DNA of 63,912 nucleotides, filler included, from Craspedostauros australis (lineage: Eukaryota): the NCBI GenBank assembly GCA_030167865.1. It is 19 parts of 19 records of this genome, joined end to end, with 100 filler letters (N's around TTAATTAATTAA, not from the genome) between each part and the next. Parts side by side here need not be neighbours in the genome. Positions count along the whole stretch, not along the records: positions 8,433 to 13,330 come from JALAGF010001843.1; positions 13,431 to 15,778 come from JALAGF010001844.1; positions 15,879 to 17,686 come from JALAGF010001845.1; positions 17,787 to 33,845 come from JALAGF010001846.1; 15 more parts are not named here. One strand, 5' to 3'. How positions within the stretch are numbered: position 1 is the stretch's first letter; the number at the start of each line of letters is the position of its first letter. A program made the translations under genes and the position numbers. Below, piece by piece: positions 12,420 through 23,640 of this stretch. Under the pieces are notes generated by a model, which did no database searches, was not told where the DNA came from, and saw only the letters and a program-made list of their open reading frames with translations.

Positions 12420-13330
12420 TCGCATGAAACAGGCGACGATATGCTGATCCATGATCCACGCTTCAAGTTGTTGGACAACACGCTCGAGAATGTCCTCCCA
12501 GATGGCGGTGGCCAGGTCTTCGCAGATCATGCCGACCTCCTCGATCCGTACGAGACAGTGCACTGCGCCAACACCCCAAGAACCTTCCTGAACGAAGACA
12601 ACTGCTACGTCTCGACATCACCCTCCGCTTGCTCACCGCTGATGGGCTGGGTGGACCGCTCGCCCGATGTTGAGACCGGCTACTTCACACTGACCGAAGA
12701 TCTCATCCGCAAACTGTACAAGGAGACCGGAGGCACCGAGGATGATAGTTCCGCAACCACGCGATACTGGTATGCTGTCCANGGACTCGACCAATCGCGA
12801 CAGCAGCTGACCGACCCAAAGCCATGCGACCAGTACTCTCGTTCCCGTTGGATCCCAGTCACGTGCAACAGCGCTGAATTGGGAGCTGTCAACGCCGGTG
12901 TCGCAACCGTGTTCTCCGCCCTGATATCCGACTACAAAGTGTCGTTGAACGAGCAGAACGACATGAATCCTTACATGATGGATGTTTGGCTGTGGGAAGG
13001 TGAGCAATGCCCAGACGGACAGCGTGATACTGCCATCGATTTCATGGTCCAAGACGACGACGGTGACTGCTGGAAGAATGTGCACCAAGATCACCTGAAC
13101 GTGTACGACTTCACCGAATGGGTCAACGGCGGGCATAACGGCGGTCCAGCACCCATTGCCGCATTTGCCAAACAGGGCAGCGCTCGTCTCAACTTCCCCG
13201 GGTGGCATGAAATGTCTCGCTGGAACTACAACAAGGGCGACTTTGACGGTCCGTGGCGATTGGGTGATGAGGTCAACTTCTACCAGTTGCCACGCGAGAT
13301 GCGCAATGAAGAAATGGCGAAGATCTTCGG
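10505..13330 (+). CDS. Large membrane-anchored DUF1800-like protein, 5' part; intron 12219-12432
   Basis: N-terminal TM (VWLTLPLLVLAVIVSGTILVV), then SRFLEQTTFGVT...FAKWIEDQ...SHRALFR. A GTACGT...AAACAG phase-1 intron joins the two long ORFs in frame (VQHG-DDMLIHDPRF). Later CWKNVHQDHLNVYDFTEWV...HNGG. Confidence 0.75.
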
Positions 13331-13430
13331 NNNNNNNNNNNNNNNNNNNNNNNNNNNNNNNNNNNNNNNNNNNNTTAATTAATTAANNNNNNNNNNNNNN
13401 NNNNNNNNNNNNNNNNNNNNNNNNNNNNNN

Positions 13431-15267
13431 TTGGAAGACGCAGCATGAGCTGTGTTTGGAGATCTACCATCGATTATCCGAGGTTGAGCTGACCCTCGGC
13501 AACTATGAGAAGGGGTCGATCCTGTGCCAGGCTATCGTTGACAACTGCAACAATTCCATTGAAGACATTGTCAAGGCGAACATATCGCTCGCCGTGGCTC
13601 TCGAACGGATGGAGAGACACGGGGAAGCTTGTGATTTACACCTTCGGTCGCTCAAGTTGCTGGGGACGTTCCCAATGAGAAACCATCTATTCCTGGCACT
13701 GAGAGACTTCAGAAAGCTCAAGAAGTACTTCGCGAAGCACACGGATGAGGAGGTGCTGAACCTTCCCACCATGACCGATCCCAAGATGTTGATGACAATG
13801 AAGATCTTACAGTACCTCGGATCTGTTGCCTTCCTGGCTGCCAGGGATGCGACGTTGCTACTCGCGGGATTTCGCCAGGTGACGTTGATGCTGAAGCATG
13901 GGCTGAGTGGCGAAGGTGCCTATGGCGCTTATGTGACGCGATCGGTCGCATTACATGTCATGAAAGATGTGAAATTCGCAAAACGGCTGCAAACGCTCCC
14001 GGCAAGGATTCTCGCTACGACGGACTCCAAATACGTGATTTGCCAGTTCTTCGTGGCAGATACAGGATTCCTGGCTACATGGTCTGAGCCTGTACATGTA
14101 TGTTTCGCGGCCTATCAAAAAGGCCATCGAGCTGGGATGGAGGCAGGTGATTTGTCTCATGCGTATCGATGCTGGGGGATGTGCTTGCTGCATGGCTTCA
14201 TGTGCGGTGTCCCGCTTGTGTCCTTGTACCGCGCTGTGACGATGCTCCTGGTGCAAGCCAAGCATTACAACCTGAAAGAGATGTACAACTCGTATGGACA
14301 AGTCCAACGTTTCTTCGAGATCTTGCTGGGCATGTCGTCTTCTCGACTTCAAGGCGAAGTGATTCGGGAGCAATCAGGTGAACAATCAACCGGGCACTGG
14401 AAGGACCGGTCTGATGTCCCATCAGCCAAAGACATGGACCGTGAGCAACACATTCGTTGGGGTATATGGTACTGGTGCTACGAGCAATTAACGATGTACT
14501 TCGGTGAATTGGAGCTGGGAAAGATCTGCATGGGGCCATCAAAAGCTAGCGCTGGGCTCGACAATACCTTTGCTCGGCAGACCGTGAGAGTGTTTCAAGG
14601 TGGGCTCACCATGTCCAGGATGGCGCAAAAGACAGACAACAAGAGAAAGCGGAGGAAGTACCACCGCCAGGCGGCAAGCTACACGGCAGAACTTCGTCGT
14701 CTGGTCGAGAGAAATGGTGGCAACAACCTCCATCGGTACCTCATCATGGAGGCAGACACGATGGCAGCCGGAGGGAAGCAATCCGAACAGAAGGTGAAGG
14801 CAGCGTACGACAAGGCCATTTCCTATTGCGCCAGATCGGGACATGTCAATGACGCAGCGCTGGCAAATGAGCTTGCCGCTGAGTACTTTCTGAACAAGCA
14901 CACAGGCACACTGGCACTGTCTGGGTCTTTGCGTCGCACAACCTTGAGCGGTCCCTTACGAAGCTCCGATTTTGAAAGCACAGGTGTCCTGGATGATGAT
15001 AAAGACTTCTACTGGCCACGGCAGTATCTGGGAAATGCCATCTCGTTGTACAACGAATGGGGAGCAAGGGCAAAGGTCGAACAGCTGTTGGAGAAGCATC
15101 CGAATCTTGTAGATCGATGCATGCTGGAGGGTGGTGTTGACGGTGGTGACGGAGAAACCAATGGTCAGCGACGGAAACGAAGAACTGCAAGGCATACAGC
15201 AGATACGCGGATGTGCGTGGCCACAGCCCACAAGATCATGGCAGAGGTGAACTTTGATGCGCTTTAA
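13431..15267 (+). CDS. C-terminal helical half of a COG3899-like AAA/STAND ATPase-sensor protein (diatom-expanded family)
   Basis: LPTMTDP...LKHGLS...GMEAGD...AYDKAI...SGHVNDAALANELAAEYFL...AISLYNEWGARAKVEQL. 5' end truncated. Confidence 0.78.
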
Positions 15268-16218
15268 CTGATCCTATCATTTTAGATGCGTAACTTTACA
15301 AGCAGACTGGCCTCAGAGCAGAACTTCGCCTTGTCCCCGTCAGCGATTGTGGAATCGCGATAATGCTCGCGTTTGCGACCTCTCCTATCTCCAATGCTGC
15401 AGGCACTCATTGGATGGTGTCAGATATCAAGAGGCGCCGAGGAGAGCTGTCACGGTGAGGGTGGTGGTTGTTGGCGATCGTGGTGTGCTAGCATCTATTA
15501 TGCCTCTCTGCGGAGAAGTATTCATGGAATGTCGTGTCTACAGAACTCGCTTGTATTCGAACAGGTCGACGTCATTTGTTCTTTTGTGTTCGATCTCCTT
15601 CATTTCAGTCTTTCCAAGAATCATGTATTCAGTCGTGTACATGACCATCCAAACGTGTACCTACACTAAACACGTCTGAATCAACAAATCGTTCAACCAC
15701 AAAACAACCCCAAACAACACGGAACAGGACAACGTTGTGCCTTGGTTGCGTTTTTGTGCTTCGTTCTCCATTTCGTTCNNNNNNNNNNNNNNNNNNNNNN
15801 NNNNNNNNNNNNNNNNNNNNNNTTAATTAATTAANNNNNNNNNNNNNNNNNNNNNNNNNNNNNNNNNNNNNNNNNNNNAAGTTGCTGGTTTCGTGTTCCT
15901 CTCGTCTTTGTTGGCGCCAGTAAAAAGTGAGTTGTCTGTGCTGGTGCGCGTAGCGAAGAAATCGACACAGATCGTACGAATCAACAGGTCAATCCGTTTC
16001 GACGATTCGATGGATTGTTGGGACACCAGCGCTCTGCTGTTAGTATCACAAACATGACTAGACTGGACTTGACTAGGCTTTTAGTATCGTTTGCGTCGGA
16101 ATTCAACCTCGGGCGATTTGGAAGGGATCTACCATTGTTGGTTGAGATCATACAGTACTATAGTACGACTATGCATCTGTGGCTACTCTATTTCACTTCT
16201 CCCCGGTGCTCGCCCTCT

Positions 16219-17686
16219 TTACCCAAACAGGTCCTGTGTCTTTGCCTTCAGCACTTCCACCTTCTTCAAGGCCCCCCACTCCCTGTACAACCTCGATGAC
16301 TCTCCGTACCGATACTTTGCGTCATCGCAACGACCGTAATCCATCAAACAATCTGCAAGTCTCTCATTCGCCAGTGCCTGATCATGAACATACCCACGCT
16401 GCGATGTGCTTTGGATGGCCTGCGTATAAGCTGTGACGGCTTTGCTGTGCTTTCCGCGCAGGAATTGTTCTTCGGCATCTAGAATTGTGAGGTAGTGGGG
16501 GCAGTTGGGATGGCCCTGCTTGTTCCACACCTTCAGCTGCTTTGTGCATTGCTGGGCCGTCCTGAGGTATTTCCGCCTCGATTTGGCGCCTTGTTGTGAT
16601 GCAGCCAGACAATTCAGCGCTGTGCGAAAAAAGTTTGGGGCCGGGGCGAACGTGCCCATTGTCGCCTTGGCGAAGGCGAAAACGGATGGGGCTGCGAGAT
16701 TGGCGCCCATCTCGTATTCGCCGAAGTGGGAGCATAGCTCTGCTTTGCTCATGGCGAGTGCGTGCTTCTGAGTGTTGGCCATCAAGCCAACCGTATCGTC
16801 GGTGCCCTTGCGTTCGTCGAAGGCGTCCCCGATGAGGAGGACGGTATGCTTGGATGTGCCGCGGAGGTTCATAACCCTCTGCCACGCCATCGACAGGAAG
16901 TGATGCTGCTGGGTCTGCTTGAAATCCAGCATCACTTTGGCGTACATGGCGCAATCGGCATCGACTTGGGAAAGCCGAGTTCCGTCAAAAAAGGAGAACG
17001 CGATGTAATTGGAGATGCTCCACGACGCAGTTTCCAAATCGCCACATGCCGTGGCCGTGCGATACGCCTCCATGAACGGCTCTTTGATCTCTTCCAATGG
17101 CTGGTTCCAGTGCTGTATCAACGAGTAGAAATTGAAGATAATTGCAGGTTGGGTGGCGGGGTGATCTAGCTTTCTCAGAATATCAAGTGAAGCTCGTCCC
17201 AGATTCTCACGTGCCTTGACATCGCCCATGGCTGATCCCGTTATGAGGCCCAGGAAGATGAAGGCGATCGGGGAATGCTCGGACATGCCGTACTTGAACG
17301 TTCGTTGAAAAGTCTTGAGGGCGATGATGGGTATGAGCTCTGGGTCGGCGAGGTAGCAAAGCGTGACAAGCTTACCCAACGTGCTCATCACTGCTTCCTC
17401 CTTCTCATTTTCATTCAGCGGGAGCTTTGCAATGGATTCCGATGTCAACGAACGAGCGGCACGCTTCACCTTGAGGAGTCCAGAGATGATCGCAAATGTT
17501 CGTTTCATCCCGGGCTTTGGTATGTTGCATCCCAACATTGCTAGGACGCTCAAGCAAAGCTGTACTGCAGCGGATTCCTTGTCATCTCTCTTGTGCTCTG
17601 CTGCAGCGATGTCTGCCAGTGTGTGGTAGGCATCGATCTTCTCCAAGATATCGCACTTGGATTCGACGATGATGTTGCAGTATCTG
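16219..17686 (-). CDS. C-terminal helical half of a second COG3899-like ATPase-sensor protein
   Basis: FKYGMS...HWNQPL...ACGDLE...GHPNCPHYLTILDAE...AYTQAI...GYVHDQALANERLA...LYREWGALKKVEVL. 5' end truncated. Confidence 0.78.
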
Positions 17687-17786
17687 NNNNNNNNNNNNNN
17701 NNNNNNNNNNNNNNNNNNNNNNNNNNNNNNTTAATTAATTAANNNNNNNNNNNNNNNNNNNNNNNNNNNNNNNNNNNNNNNNNNNN

Positions 17787-19278
17787 GCACCGACTGCTTC
17801 TTGCTTTGGATGCTGATGAGGTGCTTGGCAATGGCTGCTTCCTCCTCGGCGATGGCAGCCATGAGAGCGGTTTCGTCTTCATTCGCATCCGCAATCGCAG
17901 CATCCAACATCGCGTCTGCTGAATGAATGCGAGCCCGTTGATCGAGAGTGGAAGTTGGGTTGGATGAAGGTTGTGGTGTGAACGATTCATCATGTGTCTG
18001 CAGTTGCGAACGAGATATTGTGGCATTCTGCTGCTGCTGTTTCTGTTGTTGCTGACGATGATGACCACCCTCTTCTTGATCCTTGTCATGCTCATGCTCG
18101 GGCTTGCGGTTGTCACCTCCTCCATTGCCAGCGGTGTTGGTTCCATCGCCTGCAGTTGAGAGAGCAGTCGTGCCTTCCTCCCTGTTTGGATCAGTTGCTC
18201 CCGACTGAGCTTCTGCATGTGCAGCTGCATCTGCATCTTCACCCTCTGCCTTTTCATCCTTAACAACATCATCCAGCGTGCGGAATGCATCATCCTCGAA
18301 TCTCAACATGTCATCTGTCGCCGCACCATCACCCGATGATGAGTTATCACCACCTGTCACACTTTCATCCACCAATAGATGATACAGGCTGGGAACGCAT
18401 CTCATTGACCTATCTGTGAAATGGATGATGCAGGCATTTGGTGGGAACGATTCGGGCATCTCATCCAGTGTCTTCAAGAAGGATGGGTGAATAGGAATAT
18501 CCAGAAGATCAAATGCTGGTGGTTGCCCCTTCTCTCGTGCATTTTTGTCAATGGATGTGTCTACATCTGCAATTGCGTCTGAGTTTCTCGTTGCACGTAG
18601 GATTTGATCTTCCTGATCCAGCCGACTCTTCAGATTCGCCATGACCTTCACCCTGAACCTCATGGACTTGTACAGATGTTCGCCCGCCTCTCCAGCCCAC
18701 CAGTTGTCGGGCAGATCCATCCTCTCGTTGATGTGTTCCCATGCCGGATTGATCGACGGGCTGACACAGCAGGAGCTGTATCTGCATGTTGTGTCGCGAG
18801 CATGAGTCGATGTCGCTGCCGCGGAATGACGAATTGCATCGTCCTCGTCCTCGTCGTCGTTGGCATCATGACCATCATGACCTTGGGAGACTGTGACGAT
18901 GTCCAAACGCAAAGGACGCAACAGATCGGTGCTGTGCGCAGGACGGTACTGCCTCCACTGCTTCGTGCTGCTTATGCTCCTGCTGTTGCTTTTGGGCGGT
19001 GGTATCGATGGCATCTTCTCCGTCGTTTCAATGGATCCTGCCAGGTCCGTCGGTTCTGCTTGCCCAGCCAGTTCGACAACGACGTTGAAGATCTGGACTG
19101 CTGTCGGAACGGGCACTCGTCCACTACCGCCTCCAGGTGCGCCTCTGTGAGTGCTGGCAACGTTGATGGCATCGACATCGCCATTGTTGCTTTCATCATG
19201 ATCGTGAGGAGCGATGCCGGCCGTGTTGATCTGAGTGCTGCTCCTCCGCAGGTTGTGCCGTGCGTTAATGGGGAACAT
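17787..19278 (-). CDS. Hypothetical protein, largely low-complexity, 3' truncated
   Basis: ATG-initiated ORF of ~497 aa open to the contig end, with a central globular-looking segment. No recognised motif. Confidence 0.55.
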
Positions 19279-19877
19279 CGTTTTGTCCTGATTGTTCCGA
19301 ATGCGATGAATCAGCCAACAAAGTATTATGGAGCAATCAGATCATCAGCACTGGAATGCGGGTGTTCTTCTTGTTGGTCGCACGACCACCAAAATCAACC
19401 CAATTATTGAAAACGACAATTCGGACTGTCCCGTGGTTCCGATGCCGTTCAATTCAGTACTGATGAATTGCGCTCAAATTGGATCCGACATTTTCCAAAG
19501 AGGTAATGAAACCGACTCCAAAGGTCGTGTTGGAGCAAGAAGCCAAACACGCACAAAAAACACGGCAGAGATGGAAGCAAGAGGCCTTCGGAGGCTGAGA
19601 GAGGGGGCTTGTACGAGCTATGCCTGTCAACATCAAGCATCGTCATGGGAGACAGCAGCTTCATAACGATCAATCACAGAATGGCAGGTTGGCCATTGAC
19701 CAGGGAAGAGACAGAGAAGACCTCTCGCTGCCAAGCAGAACGAAGGAGAAGTCGAAGCGAGATCGATGGGGGTTGAGGCGTTGCCGCCGTCTGCATCTTG
19801 GCCAGAGTATTGGTCATCCTTCCTCTAGGAGACCATGCAGCATCAGCGCACTTTGCAGCGGGAAGTGCTGCGGGGCC

Positions 19878-21524
19878 ATGGAAGATGCATCCAGAAGTCC
19901 AATCCAAAGACAGCGTACACTGTGGATGGTGCTGGCATCTCTGATCATGTCGTTGGTCGCATGCTGCGTCGTCCCGTGGACAGCGAAAGTGCTGTTTCCG
20001 TGGAAACAGATCGGTCCGAGTGGCCTCCAGGACACCACAGCTTTCAACGAGAGAGACGATCTGCTGATGGGGAAGAGCTGTCTGTTGCAGCGACACCCGC
20101 TCTTCTTCTGGAGACGCCGGTGGCTTTGCAAGGATTGCGGCGTTGCCTCATCCACCGCGCAAACACGCACGTCTTGGCATTCCTGCAAGACGCTGTCTCC
20201 CCTCGGAAAGTGCCCGCAGGCTGCGTTCGAAGACTTTGATGAAGTGCTGCCGCAGTCGGCTTCAACGCATCACGTCCGTTCCAGCACTCCGCTGCCGATT
20301 CGCAAGCTCACGACGTTTGGTGTTGGCAAGACCTATCGTGCCGAATACATCCAACCAGGCTGCGACATGGGCATGCCATGTTTCGATATGTCCAGATGCG
20401 CACCGCTCCTTGATCGCGCGTCCATCAATTCCGACCCACAACGCAGCACCACCAATGCATCCAAGGTTCAGTTGGCCGCAGTTCCGAATCCGCTGGCGAT
20501 TTATGCGTATCGTGAAATAGCCAGTGCGGATGTGGCCTCCATACTTCATGGGATCGCCCATCCGCGTGACAGTCTGTTCACGCTGACAGACGATCCAAAC
20601 AAAGCATGCCTGTGCATCGTTCATGCCAACGATGTGGAATTCGTCAAGCAGCAAGCGTCGTGGAATGGCGGCACCAACCATCTCGTGTATTCCATCACTG
20701 GAGACCACGCTGTGTCAATGGACAAAGCCTTTGGCGAAGTTCATCCGGGCATGGCCATGGTGGCATCGTCAACGGGAACAGTTGCGGATGTGCGGATGGG
20801 ATACGACATCCCGCTACCACTTGCGCCGCAGTGGAAACCGCAATCGCAATTGAAGGAGGCGAGGTCGACACCAAATCGACCGATCCTCGTGAGCTTCAAG
20901 GGATCGATCCAAGACACAATCCAACCGTACTACCAAGATCGATGGTTGGCGGCTGAGTTTTGGGATGCATCGGCCGCGGCCACAGCCAGACAGGACGAGA
21001 TCGCACGTCGCGTGGAAGTTGACGTGCAGTGCAAACACAAAACCGCGTGGGGACCGCGCCAGATCATTGCGCCGTACCACAACACCAGCCAGGCTCATTT
21101 TGAGTATCTGCTGTGCAACTCCATCTTCGTGTACTGTCCGGGCGGTTCCGGCGTCGGTTCGTATCGCTTCGCGGAAGGGCTGTCGGCAGGTGCGATCCCC
21201 GTGGTCCTCGCGGATTTGCCGATGCCGTGGACGCCCGAGATTGATTGGGAAGGCTGCGTCGTTCGCACCAGTCGGGCCCGCATCATTGATCTGCCACGCC
21301 TCTTGGGTGACATGGGCAGTGCCGAAGTGGTCCGAAGGCAACGGCGATGCCGGCAGCTGCACGAGCTGACAATGGCGATGGACGCGGATGTTGCCAGCGC
21401 TAAATCCTTGGCGATGCCAACATCACCCACGGTATCATCACGTTTCCTGTTCACGACGCTGAAGGTAATCCGGCTTCGCATCAAGCAGGCGCAGGAACGC
21501 CAACGTGAAGTCTTCCTGCGGTGA
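19878..21524 (+). CDS. Exostosin-family (GT47) glycosyltransferase
   Basis: N-terminal TM, CFDMSRC, TDDPNKACL, WNGGTNHLV, GYDIPLP, LVSFKG, SIFVYCPGGSGVGSYRFAEGLSAGAIPVVL...PWTPEIDW. Confidence 0.88.
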   Translation: MEDASRSPIQRQRTLWMVLASLIMSLVACCVVPWTAKVLFPWKQIGPSGLQDTTAFNERDDLLMGKSCLLQRHPLFFWRRRWLCKDCGVASSTAQTRTSWHSCKTLSPLGKCPQAAFEDFDEVLPQSASTHHVRSSTPLPIRKLTTFGVGKTYRAEYIQPGCDMGMPCFDMSRCAPLLDRASINSDPQRSTTNASKVQLAAVPNPLAIYAYREIASADVASILHGIAHPRDSLFTLTDDPNKACLCIVHANDVEFVKQQASWNGGTNHLVYSITGDHAVSMDKAFGEVHPGMAMVASSTGTVADVRMGYDIPLPLAPQWKPQSQLKEARSTPNRPILVSFKGSIQDTIQPYYQDRWLAAEFWDASAAATARQDEIARRVEVDVQCKHKTAWGPRQIIAPYHNTSQAHFEYLLCNSIFVYCPGGSGVGSYRFAEGLSAGAIPVVLADLPMPWTPEIDWEGCVVRTSRARIIDLPRLLGDMGSAEVVRRQRRCRQLHELTMAMDADVASAKSLAMPTSPTVSSRFLFTTLKVIRLRIKQAQERQREVFLR

Positions 21525-22285
21525 AGGTTGCGAGCCAGAGGGAGCCAAATCGTGACATCCACGACATGCCATGACAGGAAGTGGCGAGATGTCGAGGTCG
21601 ACAAAGGTAAAGGTACGGCGCCAAGCAAAATGCGGTTCCTCACGGATACGAGCTGCGCGTAGCTACAGGAGGGCAAGGTGAGCACCACTGCGAGTGTGTG
21701 ATACGATCTATGATCACGCTGAGTTGAGCTGGGTTGAGTTGCTCCATTCGGTCAACGAGCTGACCCAGGTGGAGACAGCTTCGTTCCATCACCAGTCAAC
21801 CAACCGGAATGCAAGGGCCGACACCGGCAGAGTGATCGTTCATGTGGATGATTGACATTCCCGAAGTTCTTCGGTACGCTTGACCTGCATCCTTGGTGCT
21901 TGTTGATAGTAACAGGACTTGAACCAGTTGAGAAGCAACAGAACGGTGGATCGGATCTCGCAAGTGCTTGGGAGCATCATGGTTTGGTAATGCTTCCGCA
22001 GATGTCGCTACCTTCTGGTGTTCATTGGATCTTGCTCTCAGAGGGTTGATCAGAACATGAACATGAACATGATCATGACAGTCGGATGTATAATAGTATG
22101 ATGAAGAGGGCCCGATCTTGCGAACGTCTCCACATGCTGGTATTGAGGATACTCGCGGGAAATGTCACGGAGTGCTCATTGTGAACGCCAAATGCATCAT
22201 TGAAACCCGCGATGATTGTGCGTCTCCGGAGGCTTCCTGCCTGCCCCTGCTTTGACTTGGATCGGACTTCACACGAAGCGCAGCC

Positions 22286-22385
22286 AGAGTAGAGTAGAGT
22301 GGAGCAGAGTATGATAGTAGTAGATGAGAGTGGAGTAGAGCAGAGTAGAGTAGTATGGTATGATAGATGAGAGTGGAGTGGAGCA
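22286..22385 (+). repeat. Degenerate (GAGTA/GAGTG)n pentanucleotide microsatellite
   Basis: agagtagagtagagtggagcagagta...agagtggagtagagcagagtagagtag visible directly. Confidence 0.75.
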
Positions 22386-23640
22386 GAACGCAGAGTATTG
22401 TTCCACAATTGGTGATTGGTGGCCTCGGTTGTTCGTCTCGCTGAGTGGTATCTGACCACCTCGGCGGGAGTGGATGACGGCAATGGCGAAATTGTGGGCG
22501 GAGTTTGTCACGGTGGCGGAAGGAAGAACGAAGCTGAATCCCGCTACTCATTTGGTTTGTCCCGTTTCGCCGATGTGACATGTTGTTCGGATATCTTTTC
22601 AATCACGAAATGGGGCTTGTGTTTTGGTCGATGCGACATGTTCATTTATCTCCGCGCGGTCTGCTTTCGTGACACATCCACCAACTTGTGGAGTTAGCGT
22701 TAAGTACGATACGGTTGTTCCGGCGATGAATGTGAAATGTGGGCAATAACGAAAACCGAGAATGTCACTTCCCGGTCCGCAAAAGACAACCGCAACGCGA
22801 GCCGCAGAATCAAAACGAACTTCCGAAAACGAATGAATGCGGTGTTGTGTGCAGCCCCGCGAGTAGAACCACAGTACGAATACTCGTGGCTGTACGCGTG
22901 CGGTTGTGACCGAAAATGCAGAAAATGAAAGCGGAGGCTGATGGAGTAAATCCACGCACAAATGGAGTGTCACTCGCCGAACACGCAACTCGCAGCGACG
23001 TGGGTACTGGTTCGGGATCACGTTGAGGCGTTCTCGCGAGAGCGGGCGAAAACTAGTGACACAAACACACTGAGCGTGTGTGATACTACCGGAGGTACAC
23101 AGAACCGTTCAAACACGAAGGAAAACGCAAACGCAAACACAACGCCAACACAAACAAGCACGAACAGGTCGTCCGAAGAGTCGTCGGATACAATTGCCAA
23201 AGAGAGCAAACACAGACAGAAAGAGAACAGATCAAAAGAGCGACACTTCTGCTCCAGGGTTCATTCTCTCTGCTTCCTTGCTTGGCAACGCATCGGCCAA
23301 ACAAAGCAACAAAGCAACAAAGCATCAAGGCATCACTCTTGGTTGCCGACCTTGGCCATCGATCGTGTGTGGCTGTGTGACGATAGAGTTCCCTTTGTGT
23401 GGTTGAGCACAAGAGGACGTTGCAGCATTCGTGGACTCCTCCATTGGTTGTTGGCTGCTGACTGTCGTTATTTGAGCGAGAGAGAGAGAGGCAGACGGAG
23501 ACCTCACAATCAAATCAAATCAAATCAAATCAGCACAAGACAACCAACACCCGACAGGCACAACTCATTCAGGAGGATAGCAACAGACACCAAGCAACAG
23601 CATTAGATAGCAGATATTAGATAACAGATATCACACACAC

